IMG/VR virus record: IMGVR_UViG_3300002461_000190
Length of the DNA stretch: 41,775 nt
Reading direction: 5' to 3' (one strand)
Origin: a virus
The position numbers were made by a program, and so were the translations under genes. Of this stretch, positions 22,346-31,429 are shown piece after piece. The notes under the pieces were generated by a model. That model was not told where the DNA came from. It ran no database searches and saw only the letters and a list, made by a program, of their open reading frames with translations. Every line of letters starts with the position of its first letter. The first letter of the stretch is position 1.

Positions 22346-23050
22346 TTGCGAATAGACATGCGCGATCCGCGCGACCTGATCCCGTATCACCGGAACGCCC
22401 GGACGCATTCCGACGAACAAGTCCGCCAGATCGCCGCGTCGATTGCTGAATTCGGTTTCGTGAACCCGGTCCTGATCGACGACCGCGACGAACTGATCGC
22501 GGGTCACGGGCGGGTTCTGGCGGCGCTGGCGCTGGGCTTGGCGGAAGTCCCGGCGATCACCCTTTCGCACCTGTCCGACGTCCAGCGCCGGGCGCTTGTG
22601 CTGGCGGACAACCGGATCGCGGCGAACGCGGGCTGGAACGAAGCGATCTTGTCGCGGGAACTGGCGGCGCTTCAGGACGTCGGGTTCGACCTGACCGTCG
22701 TCGCCTTCACCGATCAGGAAGTCGAAGACCTGTTGAACGGGTTGGAAGACGGCTTCTTCACGGCGTCGACGACGCTTGCCCCAATCAACCCCGCCGATCT
22801 TCTAGGGCGCTATGACGAACCGCCCGGCGCGCCCTTGCCGCCCGCCGACGCCGATCCCGATCCGGTCGACATGGAAAAGCCCGGCGCGGTCGATCTTCCC
22901 GCGCCGGGCTTCTATTTGGTTCCGGTCTTCGTCGACGCGGACGGGGTTCACCCGGCGGAACTGGCGGGCGATCCGCCGCAACTTGTCCGGGCGGCGGTCG
23001 ATCAGCCGAAGACCCAATGGCAAAAGGCGACGACCTTCGCGCCCCAATAG
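22346..23050 (+). CDS. ParB-like nuclease domain protein
   Basis: LIPYHRNARTHSDEQVRQIAASIAEFGFVNPVLIDDRDELIAGHGRVLAA. TTG start with SD AAGGGG. An alternative ATG is at 22358. Confidence 0.8.
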   Translation: MRIDMRDPRDLIPYHRNARTHSDEQVRQIAASIAEFGFVNPVLIDDRDELIAGHGRVLAALALGLAEVPAITLSHLSDVQRRALVLADNRIAANAGWNEAILSRELAALQDVGFDLTVVAFTDQEVEDLLNGLEDGFFTASTTLAPINPADLLGRYDEPPGAPLPPADADPDPVDMEKPGAVDLPAPGFYLVPVFVDADGVHPAELAGDPPQLVRAAVDQPKTQWQKATTFAPQ

Positions 23051-23166
23051 GCCAGCGAAAGGACGACGACGACCGCCGTCCCTATCGCCGACGCGACCGG
23101 GTTCGGCTTGCCCCAACCGCCGCCCGCCGGGACGCCGCATTCCGCCTTTTCGTGACCGCCCGCCAT
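23002..23166 (-). CDS. Small TM protein
   Basis: MAGGHEKAECG..AIGTAVVVVLSLAYWGAKVVAF. It overlaps the 3' end of the ParB-like gene convergently. Confidence 0.4.
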   Translation of the reverse strand: MAGGHEKAECGVPAGGGWGKPNPVASAIGTAVVVVLSLAYWGAKVVAFCHWVFG

Positions 23167-23168
23167 GA

Positions 23169-23378
23169 TCAGTTCCCCGCGCCAAGGTCGGGGGCGATCA
23201 GCCGTTCCAGAACGGCGACGGCGCGGCATTCAAGCGGGTTCGGAACCTGTCCGCCCGCGCTTGCGCCAAGGATCGACGCCTTCAAGTCGGCGATCAGCGT
23301 TCCGACGACCTGATCGCGGGCGGCGGCGATCCGCGCGATCCGCGCCGCGATCCGGTCGTCTAGGGTTCCTTCGGTCAT
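23169..23378 (-). CDS. Hypothetical small protein
   Basis: Coupled ORF in the leftward mini-operon. Confidence 0.45.
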   Translation of the reverse strand: MTEGTLDDRIAARIARIAAARDQVVGTLIADLKASILGASAGGQVPNPLECRAVAVLERLIAPDLGAGN

Positions 23379-23578
23379 TTACGCGACCCCTTCAGGTTCC
23401 GTTCGCGGAACGCGGCGTCGCCTTCGCAACACCGAACCGCGTCCGCGTGATCGCGGAAGACGCCGACGACGGTTTCGCCTTCCAAGACTTCGAAGCCTTC
23501 AAGCGCCGCCAGATCGTCTTCGGGGTATGCTTCCGGGTTGCGCCGGATCGTCTTCAGGGGATGAACTTTGACCGACAT
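23375..23578 (-). CDS. Hypothetical small protein
   Basis: Start MSVKVHPLK with SD GGAAGGA. The longer alternative runs to 23635. Confidence 0.45.
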   Translation of the reverse strand: MSVKVHPLKTIRRNPEAYPEDDLAALEGFEVLEGETVVGVFRDHADAVRCCEGDAAFRERNLKGSRK

Positions 23579-23631
23579 TCGGGGTTCCTTCCGGGGGTTG
23601 GGGCGCGGCTTGGTCGCCGCGCCGGGGCTGA

Positions 23632-23862
23632 TCATTCGGCGGCGGATTCAAGCGAACTGATCGCTTCGTCGGCGCTGTCATAGGCGGACTGAAGGGCGTC
23701 GGCGGCGGCTTCGGACGCTTGCCCCCGGTCGCTTTGCTGAAGGCTTTCCGGCATGGCGTCGAAGGCGTCGCGTTCTTCCGACTGAAGGTCTTCGATTTGA
23801 CCGCGAAGGTCTTCAAGGGCTTCTTTGATCTTTTCGATCCGGGCGCGGCGATCTTTGTTCAT
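23632..23862 (-). CDS. 76-aa acidic protein, copy 2 (paralogue of 14844..15074); first gene of the leftward mini-operon
   Basis: About 93% nucleotide identity to copy 1 (16 mismatches in 231 nt by hand alignment). Confidence 0.7.
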   Translation of the reverse strand: MNKDRRARIEKIKEALEDLRGQIEDLQSEERDAFDAMPESLQQSDRGQASEAAADALQSAYDSADEAISSLESAAE

Positions 23863-23943
23863 GGTCGTTCCTTTCGGGGTTTGACGATTGGCCTAGATTT
23901 TACCGGGGAAGTCGCCATAATGGCCAAGCCCGCCGGGTCGTGT

Positions 23944-23978
23944 AGCAAGCATATAAGCAAGCATTGCGACCAAGCAAG
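23944..23978. promoter_or_regulatory. AGCAAGCAT motif cluster upstream of terS
   Basis: AGCAAGCATA-t-AAGCAAGCAT-tgcgacc-AAGCAAG. It is related to the 37-bp elements at 5008 and 6036. Confidence 0.45.
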
Positions 23979-24006
23979 GGGGGGGCGCGAAAAAAGGTGT
24001 AAGGGC

Positions 24007-24642
24007 TTGGCGAAGACGGGGATCGGGATTCGGGAATATGCGCGGCGGCGGGGCGTAAGCCATACCGCCGTCGGCAAGGCTATTCGGGACGGGCGGATCA
24101 CGGTCGAAGCCGACGGATCAATCGACCCGGCGAAGGCGGATAAGCAATGGGACGCCCAAACTAACCCCGCCATGCGCCGGGGCGCGGCGGCACACGCCAG
24201 CGCCGCGACCGTGGCGTCCCTGACCCGCGCCGCGACCAAGGCGGTTCCAGCGGCGGCGCTGGCGGCGGTTGACGAAGCCCTGAAGGACGTCGATCCGGTC
24301 GCCCCGCTTGCTGGCGGCGCGCCCGCGAACGGCAACCCGGCGAACCCCGAAGCCGGGACGTTCCTTCGCGCCCGGAACGCGAACGAAGTCCTTCGGGCGC
24401 AAACCGCGCAACTTCGGCTGAAGAAGCTTGCCGGGGATTTGGTCGACCGGGACAAAGCAACCGGGATGGTCTTCGAACTTGCCCGGCGCGAAAGGGACGC
24501 TTGGCAGAACTGGCCACCGCGAGTCGCCGCGAACATGGCGGCGGAACTTGGCGTCGACGCTCACAAGATGGAACTTGCCCTAGACAAATTTATCCGAATC
24601 CAACTGGCGGAACTGGCCGAAATCAAGTTGGACCTTCGATAA
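24007..24642 (+). CDS. terS: Terminase small subunit (Nu1-like, N-terminal MerR-type HTH)
   Basis: GIREYARRRGVSHTAVGKAIRDGRI. TTG start with SD AAGGTG 7 nt upstream. The upstream ATG at 23917 would make the motif cluster coding. Confidence 0.6.
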   Translation: MAKTGIGIREYARRRGVSHTAVGKAIRDGRITVEADGSIDPAKADKQWDAQTNPAMRRGAAAHASAATVASLTRAATKAVPAAALAAVDEALKDVDPVAPLAGGAPANGNPANPEAGTFLRARNANEVLRAQTAQLRLKKLAGDLVDRDKATGMVFELARRERDAWQNWPPRVAANMAAELGVDAHKMELALDKFIRIQLAELAEIKLDLR

Positions 24643-25133
24643 TGGACCTATTCACCCAATCGACCGCCGTCTTTTCAGATTGCCGCCTTTACCGCTACAC
24701 CTTGCGGCGGCGCTGGTCTTCCGGCGTCTTGGGCGGCTTCGTCATGCTGAATCCATCGACCGCCGACGAATTCAAGAACGACCCGACGATCCGGCGTTGC
24801 ATGGGATTTGCCATGCGTGAAGGCTGGGGCGGGCTTCTGATCTTGAACCTTTTCGCCTTCCGGGCGACCGACCCAAAGGATATGACGAACGCCGTCGATC
24901 CGGTCGGGATCGAAAACGACCGATTCCTGATCGAAGCGTCGAAAGAGGTCGACGGGCCGCTAGTCGCCGCATGGGGCGCGCATTGGCTGGCGGTTGAACG
25001 GTCGAAGGCGGTCGTTTCCATGCTGTCTAGGCCGCTGGTCTGTCTTGGGAAGACCGCCGCCGGAAGCCCGCGTCACCCGCTTTATATTCGGGCTGAAGCG
25101 CCCCTGATCCCCTACGCCGGGGGCGCGACATGA
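24642..25133 (+). CDS. DUF1643 family protein
   Basis: FSDCRLYRYTLRRRW..FVMLNPSTADEFKNDPTIRRCMGFA..GWGGLLILNLFAFRATDP..GSPRHPLY. TAATG overlap with terS and ATGA overlap with terL. Confidence 0.7.
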   Translation: MDLFTQSTAVFSDCRLYRYTLRRRWSSGVLGGFVMLNPSTADEFKNDPTIRRCMGFAMREGWGGLLILNLFAFRATDPKDMTNAVDPVGIENDRFLIEASKEVDGPLVAAWGAHWLAVERSKAVVSMLSRPLVCLGKTAAGSPRHPLYIRAEAPLIPYAGGAT

Positions 25134-27130
25134 ACGCCGCCGCGCCGCGCCAGATTGAGGAATTCGAAGGGGCGTCCGCGATCCGCGACGCATGGCTTCA
25201 GGGGATCGCCCCCGACGCGACCCTGACCGTTTCCCAATGGTCGGACCGTCACCGGGTCTTGTCGTCGCGGGGCGCGTCGGAAGCGGGGCCATACCGGACC
25301 GCCAGAACCCCTTACATGCGGGCGATTATGGACGTCCTAGGGCCGGGCGATCCCGCCCGCCGGGTCGTCTTTATGAAGGCGGCGCAAGTCGGCGCGACCG
25401 AAGCCGGGAACAACTGGATCGGCTTTGTCATGCACCAAGCGCCGGGGCCGTTCTTGGCCGTCCAGCCGACGACCGACCTTGCCAAGCGCCTTTCGCAACA
25501 GCGCCTAGACCCGCTGATCGAAGAAAGCCCGGTCTTGCGGAACCTTGTCCGGGCGGCGCGGTCGCGCGATTCCGGGAATACGACCTTCGGGAAGAAGTTC
25601 CCCGGCGGCGTCCTTCTATTGACCGGGGCGAATAGCGCCGTCGGCTTGCGTTCCATGCCCGCCCGTTGGGTCTTCCTAGATGAAGTCGACGCCTATCCGG
25701 GCGACGTCGACGAAGAAGGCGACCCGATCACCCTTGCCGAAGCCCGGACGACAAGCTTTGGCCACCGTTCGAAGCTTTTCCTTGCGTCGACGCCGACGAT
25801 CAAGGGCCTAAGCCGGATCGAAAAGGAATTCGAATTGAGCGATCAGAACCGCTATCACGTCCCTTGCCCCCATTGCGGCGGGCTTCAATGGCTTCAGTTC
25901 GAACGCCTGAAATGGGACAAGGGGAACCCCGATTCCGTCGTTTACGTTTGCGAACATTGCGACGAACCGATCCACGAACGCCACAAAACGGCGATGATGT
26001 CAGAAGAAGCCGGGGCCTGTTGGCTTCAGACTGCCCCGGAAGACGTCCGCGCCAAGGCCGAAGCCGCCGGGATCGTCGGGTTCCATATCAGCGCCCTTTA
26101 TTCGCCCTTGGGTTGGCTGTCATGGGCGGACATTGCGCGGAAATGGGAAGCGGCGGCGGGCGACGACGCCCAACTGAAGACCCTGAAAAACACGCTTCTA
26201 GGCGAAACTTGGCAGGAAAAGGGCGAAGCGCCGGACTGGCAACGGCTCTATGAACGCCGCACCGCCCGGAAAATGGGATCGGTTCCAGCCGGGGCGCTTG
26301 TCCTGACCGCCGGGGCGGACGTCCAGCGCGACCGGATCGAAATTGACGTTTGGGCTTGGGGGCGGAACCTTGAGTCTTGGCTGGTCGATCACGTCGTTTT
26401 CGAAGGCGACACCGCCGGGGCCGAAGTCTGGAAAGACCTGTCCGGGTTCCTGTCGACGACTTGGGAACATGATTTGGGAACCCGCATGGCGCTTGCCCGG
26501 CTGGCGATTGACTCCGGCGACGGCGCGACGACGAACGCGGTTTATTCATGGGTTCGGGCGGCTGGCAAAGGGCAAGTGATCGCAATCAAGGGCCGGGAAG
26601 GCTTCGACCGTTCGACGCCCGTCGACGGGCCAAGCTATGTCGAAGTGACCGAAGGCGGGCGCAAACTGAAGCGCGGCGTCCAGTTGTGGAACATTGCGAC
26701 CGCCGTCTTCAAGTCGGAAACCTATCGCTTTTTGCGGCTGGTCGCCCCGACCGACGAAGACCTTCAGGAAGGCGTCGAATTCCCGTCCGGGTTCATGCAC
26801 CTTCCCGCCGGGACGACGGCGGAATGGGTCAAACAGTTGACCGCCGAACAACTTATGACGGTCAAGACCCGGCGCGGGTTCCAGAAGCTAGAATGGCAGC
26901 AAATGCGCGACCGTAACGAAGCCCTAGACTGTCGGGTCTATGCGCGGGCGGCGGCTTGGCTTATGGGGATTGATCGTTGGGACGAACGCAAATGGGGCGG
27001 GCTTGCCGCGCAACTGGAAAAGGGCCGGAAGGATTCGCTTCCCGCTGGCCAGCCGTCGCGCCCCGCCGCCGCCCCGCCCGCTACGCCCCGAAAGCCCGGC
27101 ATCTTGGGCGGTCGGAAGAAATGGTTCTAA
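25130..27130 (+). CDS. terL: Terminase large subunit (GpA family)
   Basis: 666 aa. The N-terminus (..SEAGPYRTARTPYMRAIMD..VVFMKAAQVGATE..) and overall layout are typical of lambda GpA-type terminases. Confidence 0.85.
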   Translation: MNAAAPRQIEEFEGASAIRDAWLQGIAPDATLTVSQWSDRHRVLSSRGASEAGPYRTARTPYMRAIMDVLGPGDPARRVVFMKAAQVGATEAGNNWIGFVMHQAPGPFLAVQPTTDLAKRLSQQRLDPLIEESPVLRNLVRAARSRDSGNTTFGKKFPGGVLLLTGANSAVGLRSMPARWVFLDEVDAYPGDVDEEGDPITLAEARTTSFGHRSKLFLASTPTIKGLSRIEKEFELSDQNRYHVPCPHCGGLQWLQFERLKWDKGNPDSVVYVCEHCDEPIHERHKTAMMSEEAGACWLQTAPEDVRAKAEAAGIVGFHISALYSPLGWLSWADIARKWEAAAGDDAQLKTLKNTLLGETWQEKGEAPDWQRLYERRTARKMGSVPAGALVLTAGADVQRDRIEIDVWAWGRNLESWLVDHVVFEGDTAGAEVWKDLSGFLSTTWEHDLGTRMALARLAIDSGDGATTNAVYSWVRAAGKGQVIAIKGREGFDRSTPVDGPSYVEVTEGGRKLKRGVQLWNIATAVFKSETYRFLRLVAPTDEDLQEGVEFPSGFMHLPAGTTAEWVKQLTAEQLMTVKTRRGFQKLEWQQMRDRNEALDCRVYARAAAWLMGIDRWDERKWGGLAAQLEKGRKDSLPAGQPSRPAAAPPATPRKPGILGGRKKWF

Positions 27131-27148
27131 CAAACGAAGGGAAAGAAC

Positions 27149-27352
27149 ATGGCTTGGACACAAGGCGAACTGGACGCGCTGAAGTCGGCGTTCGCGCAAG
27201 GAACTTTGGAAGTGACATTCGAAGGGAAGCGTGTCAAATATGGCGACGCAAACGATCTTTTGACGCGCATTCGTGCGATTGAAAGCGAGATCGCCGCCGC
27301 GTCAAACCGACCGCTTCCGGTCGCTGGCAAAGCGGGCTTTCGTCGGGGATAA
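27149..27352 (+). CDS. gpW-like head-tail joining protein
   Basis: 67 aa between terL and portal. WTQGELDALKSAFAQGTLEVTFEGKRVKYGDANDLLTRIRAIESEI fits the gpW pattern. Confidence 0.6.
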   Translation: MAWTQGELDALKSAFAQGTLEVTFEGKRVKYGDANDLLTRIRAIESEIAAASNRPLPVAGKAGFRRG

Positions 27353-27355
27353 CGT

Positions 27356-28948
27356 ATGCAAACCAAGCCTTTGACCGTCCGCCTTGGGTTCGTCGACCGC
27401 GTGATCGGGGCGTTCGCGCCCCGTGTCGCGGCGCAACGCTACGCGGCACGAATCGCGCTGGCGAACCTGACTCGCGCCTATGACGGGGCGGCGAAGGATC
27501 GCGGGACAAGCGGTTGGCAAACGTCCAACAAAGCCGCCGACGCGGAAATCGGCCCGGCGGCGGCGCTTCTTCGGGACCGGATGCGCGATCTTGTCCGGAA
27601 CAACCCGACCGCCGCCCGCGCGGTTTCCGTCCTTGTGAACAACATGGTCGGGACCGGCATTCGCCCCCGCGCCAAGACCGGCAAAAAGGCCCTGGACAAG
27701 AAGATCGACGCCCTTTGGACCGAATGGTCGGCGCAATGCGACGCCGACGGACATACGGACTTTCACGGGCTGACCGCGCTGGCGGTTCGCGGCATGATCG
27801 AAGGGGGCGAGACTTTCACGATCCGCCGTCCGCGCCGCCGGTCGGACAAGCTGGCGGTTCCGCTGCAATTCCAGATCATGGAAGCGGATCACCTGGACAC
27901 GTCCAAGAACGAAGAAATTGTCGGCGGGTCCGGGCGGATTCGCCAAGGGATCGAATATGACAAGATTGGGCGCCGCGTCGCCTATCACCTGTTTCCGGAT
28001 CACCCCGGCGATTCGAACCCGATCAGCGGTCGAAGCCTGACTTCGGTCCGGGTCGACGCCGCCCGCGTCCTGCACCTGTTTGAGCGCCAGCGGACCCAAT
28101 CGCGGGGCGTCCCGTGGGGAACCCCGGCGCTTCGGGCCTTGCGCGACGTCGACGACTGGCAAGCCGCCGAACTGGTTCGGAAGAAGACCGAAGCTTGTCT
28201 GGTCGGGATCGTCTTCGGCGCGGACGAAGAAAACCAATCCATCGCGCCCAAGGTCGAAGACGGGCAGGGGAATGAGATTGAACAATTCGAACCCGGTCTG
28301 ATCGCTTACGCGCGGGGCGGCAAGGATATCAAGTTCAATCAGCCGGGGTCGACCGCCGGGGTCTACGAATGGCATTCGGTCATGCTGCATATCATCGCGG
28401 CGGGCTGGCGCGTCCCTTACGAACTGTTGACCGGCGATCTGAAACAAGTGAACTTTTCGTCGTCGCGGGTCGGGCTTCAGGAATTCCGCCGCATGGTGGA
28501 GTCGTTCCAGTGGCAAGCGATTATCCCAATGTTCTGTCAACCGATCTGGGACGCCTTTATCGAAGCCGCATACACCGACGGAAAGATCGACGTCGCGAAG
28601 GCTGGCGTTGAATGGGCGCCGCCGCGCTTCGAATCCGTGAACCCGCTTCAGGATGCTTCGACCGATCTTCTAGAGGCCCGCGCCGGGTTCATATCGCCGC
28701 AACAGGCGATTGCGAAACGCGGCTATGACCCGAAGGAAGTCCTGAAGGAATGGACGGAATGGGCGAAGCTGACCGACGGGGCGAAGCTGGTCTTTGATTC
28801 CGATCCCCGGCTTGTGTCCAAGGGCGGTCAGGCCCAGGCGACCGATCCGCTGAACCTGGACCCGGACACCGGGGAACCGAAACCAAATGACGGCGAAGGC
28901 GACGGCCCGACGAAGCCGGACGCGGAACAAGAGGACTCGAAACCATGA
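27356..28948 (+). CDS. Portal protein (lambda family)
   Basis: 530 aa. ..YDGAAKDRGTSGWQTSNKAADAEI..LRDRMRDLVRNNPTAARAV..VGTGIRP.. fits the lambda-family portal pattern, and the position is right. Confidence 0.85.
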   Translation: MQTKPLTVRLGFVDRVIGAFAPRVAAQRYAARIALANLTRAYDGAAKDRGTSGWQTSNKAADAEIGPAAALLRDRMRDLVRNNPTAARAVSVLVNNMVGTGIRPRAKTGKKALDKKIDALWTEWSAQCDADGHTDFHGLTALAVRGMIEGGETFTIRRPRRRSDKLAVPLQFQIMEADHLDTSKNEEIVGGSGRIRQGIEYDKIGRRVAYHLFPDHPGDSNPISGRSLTSVRVDAARVLHLFERQRTQSRGVPWGTPALRALRDVDDWQAAELVRKKTEACLVGIVFGADEENQSIAPKVEDGQGNEIEQFEPGLIAYARGGKDIKFNQPGSTAGVYEWHSVMLHIIAAGWRVPYELLTGDLKQVNFSSSRVGLQEFRRMVESFQWQAIIPMFCQPIWDAFIEAAYTDGKIDVAKAGVEWAPPRFESVNPLQDASTDLLEARAGFISPQQAIAKRGYDPKEVLKEWTEWAKLTDGAKLVFDSDPRLVSKGGQAQATDPLNLDPDTGEPKPNDGEGDGPTKPDAEQEDSKP

Positions 28949-31005
28949 ACAAGCCTGTGAACCAGAAGACCTTCGACCTTCCGCTGATCGGTCGCGCCGC
29001 GACGGTCAACGAAGCGTCGATCAACACCGAAGAACGGACCGTCGAAATTGTCTGGACGACCGGCGCGGTTGTCCAGCGCGTTCGCTGGGAAGGCTGGGAC
29101 GACCGGATCGACTATGACGAAGAACTTCTGGTCGACGAAAACGCGATCCGGCTGGAACGCATGAACGGGCCGGTCGGGATTCCGTTCCTGGACTCGCACC
29201 GTTCCTGGGGAACCGAAAGCGTGATCGGCGCGGTCGTCCCCGGTTCGGTCCGGATCGAAGGCGGCGCGGGCTATGCCACGATCAAGCTGTCTTCGGCGCC
29301 CGGTTGCGCCGACGTCGTTCACAAGATCATGGAAAAGACGATCCGGTCCGTTTCGGTCGGATATCGGGTTTACGAATACAAGATCACCAAGAAAGAGGGC
29401 ACCCGCGAACTGTGGCAAGCCGTCGATTGGGAACCCATGGAAGTTTCGGCGGTCGCCATGCCCGCCGACGCTGGCGCGGTCATTCGGTCCGCCGCCGCCG
29501 ACGGCGCGAAACCCGCGCTTCACCCTTGCCTTGTCACCCGGCAAGATCAACCCGCCGTCAACCCGGCACAAACCAGAGGAAAGAGCATGAACCCCAAGGA
29601 CACCCTTCCGGGCGGCGACGACGATCAGACCCGCGTTGCCCCCCCTTCGAACCCGAACGTCCAGTCCCAGGCCCCCGCCGCCCCGTCCGCCGACGCGATC
29701 CGCGCCGACGTTCTGGCGACGACCACGACCGTTCTGGACCTTTGCGCCCGCCATGGCCTGGAACCGAAGTTCGGAACCGATCTGATCGGCAAGGGCCTGA
29801 GCCTGGACGTCATTCGCGGCGCCATTCTGGACAAGATCGCCGAGCGTGACGCGACCGGCGGTCGGACCGGCGAACCCGTATTCGCCCAGGTCCGGGGCGA
29901 GGCGGCGAACGACGTCGCCTTCCGCGATGGCATGGAAGAAGCGATCATGCACCGGGCGAACCCGCAAGCGGTCACGCTGACCGACAAGGGTCGCCAGTTC
30001 CGGGGCCAAACCCTGATCGAAATGGCGCGCGACGCGCTGAACCGGGCTGGCGTCAACACGCGCGGAATGTCCAAGCTGGAACTTGCCGGGGCCGCGCTTG
30101 GCATCGGCGGCGGGCTTCAGGGCCGTTCGGCTGTCGGCTATCATGGCGGTTCGGACTTCCCGCTGGTTCTGGCGAACGTCGCGAACAAGACGCTTCGCGC
30201 GGCTTACGAAGGGACGCCCCGTTCGTTCGTCGCCTGGGCGCGTCAGACGTCGCTTCCCGACTTCAAGCTGGCGTCCCGGACCCAGCTTGGCGGCGCGCCC
30301 GATCTGGTCCGCGTCCCCGAGTCCGGCGAATTCAGCTATGGGACCATCGGCGAAGGTCGCGAGACCTATCAACTGATCACCTATGGCCGGATCATCGGGA
30401 TCAACCGCCAATCGCTGATCAACGACGACCTGGACGCATTCACCCGCATTCCGGCGGCGTTCGGCGCTTCGGCGGCGGACCTTGAGTCCGATCTGGTCTA
30501 TTCCGTCCTTCTGGCAAACGCCAACATGAGCGACGGGAACCCGCTTTTCGGCGCCACCCATGCGAACGCGGGGACGGCGGCGGCGATCACCGAAGCGTCG
30601 CTGGCGGAAGCCTATCGCTTGTTCGGGAACCAGCGCGGAATCGAGGGGCGGCAAATTTCCGTCCAGCCGCGCTTTATCATCGTTCCGCCCGGAACCCGCT
30701 ACGTCGAAGCGAAGAAGAACATCGCCGCGACGACCCCCGCCGCTGTCTCGGGCGTGAACGCCTTCGCCGGTATGCTGGAACCGATCATGGAACCCCGCCT
30801 GATCGGGACGCCCGATCCCTGGTTCATGGCGGCGGACCCGGCCCGCGTCGATACGGTCGAATATGCCTATCTTGAAGGTTCGAACGGCGTCTACACCGAA
30901 ACCCGCCAGGGCTTCGAGGTCGACGGGATCGAAATCAAGGCCCGGCATGACTTCGCGACGAAGGCCCTGGACTGGCGCGGCCTGTTCCGGAACGCTGGCG
31001 TCTAA
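28945..31005 (+). CDS. Prohead protease (HK97/S78-like), linker/scaffold and major capsid protein in one ORF
   Basis: The N-terminus has protease-like ..FLDSHR.. and ..SVSVGY.. motifs. The C-terminal ~400 aa is capsid-like (..PWFMAADPARVDTVEYAYLEG..GIEIKARHDF..). There is no stop between them. An internal in-frame ATG at 29587 has SD GAGGA. Confidence 0.75.
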   Translation: MNKPVNQKTFDLPLIGRAATVNEASINTEERTVEIVWTTGAVVQRVRWEGWDDRIDYDEELLVDENAIRLERMNGPVGIPFLDSHRSWGTESVIGAVVPGSVRIEGGAGYATIKLSSAPGCADVVHKIMEKTIRSVSVGYRVYEYKITKKEGTRELWQAVDWEPMEVSAVAMPADAGAVIRSAAADGAKPALHPCLVTRQDQPAVNPAQTRGKSMNPKDTLPGGDDDQTRVAPPSNPNVQSQAPAAPSADAIRADVLATTTTVLDLCARHGLEPKFGTDLIGKGLSLDVIRGAILDKIAERDATGGRTGEPVFAQVRGEAANDVAFRDGMEEAIMHRANPQAVTLTDKGRQFRGQTLIEMARDALNRAGVNTRGMSKLELAGAALGIGGGLQGRSAVGYHGGSDFPLVLANVANKTLRAAYEGTPRSFVAWARQTSLPDFKLASRTQLGGAPDLVRVPESGEFSYGTIGEGRETYQLITYGRIIGINRQSLINDDLDAFTRIPAAFGASAADLESDLVYSVLLANANMSDGNPLFGATHANAGTAAAITEASLAEAYRLFGNQRGIEGRQISVQPRFIIVPPGTRYVEAKKNIAATTPAAVSGVNAFAGMLEPIMEPRLIGTPDPWFMAADPARVDTVEYAYLEGSNGVYTETRQGFEVDGIEIKARHDFATKALDWRGLFRNAGV

Positions 31006-31103
31006 GGCGCCCCTGGGGGCGCTGGCCTGACCGCCAGCGCCCTTCCCTGATCCACCCATAGGACGAAGGCAAGAACGCCAGTCCCCCCGCAACGGAGTCG
31101 AGA

Positions 31104-31427
31104 ATGAAAAACTTTGTATCGTCCGGCGATACCCTCGCCGTCACCGCCCCCGCCCAAGTCGCGGCGGGCGGCTTTGTCCGCGTCGGCGCCCTTCAGGGCA
31201 TTGCCGCAAACGACGCTGCGAACGGCGCTGAAGTCGTGATCCAGATCGGCGGCGTCTATGACATGGTGAAGACCGCCGCCCAGGCTTGGACGCAAGGCCA
31301 GCTTCTTTACTGGTCGGGAACCGCCGTGACGAACGTCGCGACCGGCGCTGTCATTGGCTGCGCCGCCCGCGCTGAACTTGCGGCGGCGACTGTCGGTCGC
31401 GTCCGCCTGAACCCGATTGCGGCCTAA
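31104..31427 (+). CDS. DUF2190-like head decoration/cement protein candidate
   Basis: 107 aa, Gly/Ala/Val-rich beta-type sequence directly after the capsid gene. SD GGAG. Confidence 0.5.
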   Translation: MKNFVSSGDTLAVTAPAQVAAGGFVRVGALQGIAANDAANGAEVVIQIGGVYDMVKTAAQAWTQGQLLYWSGTAVTNVATGAVIGCAARAELAAATVGRVRLNPIAA

Positions 31428-31429
31428 GC

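Noticed and set aside
23917-24006. Upstream ATG at 23917 as the terS start (MAKPAGSCSKHISKHCDQ..).
   Set aside because: It would translate the AGCAAGCAT regulatory motif cluster, and no SD precedes it. The TTG at 24007 has an AAGGTG SD and begins right before the HTH. It remains an alternative.
28828-31092. 754-aa minus-strand ORF antisense to the protease-capsid gene. Similar long antisense ORFs occur at 27302..28540, 32758..34125, 40262..41557 and 2958..3953.
   Set aside because: These are Arg/Gly/Pro-rich shadow frames typical of high-GC DNA. Each lies fully opposite a plus-strand gene with clear family motifs and translational coupling.
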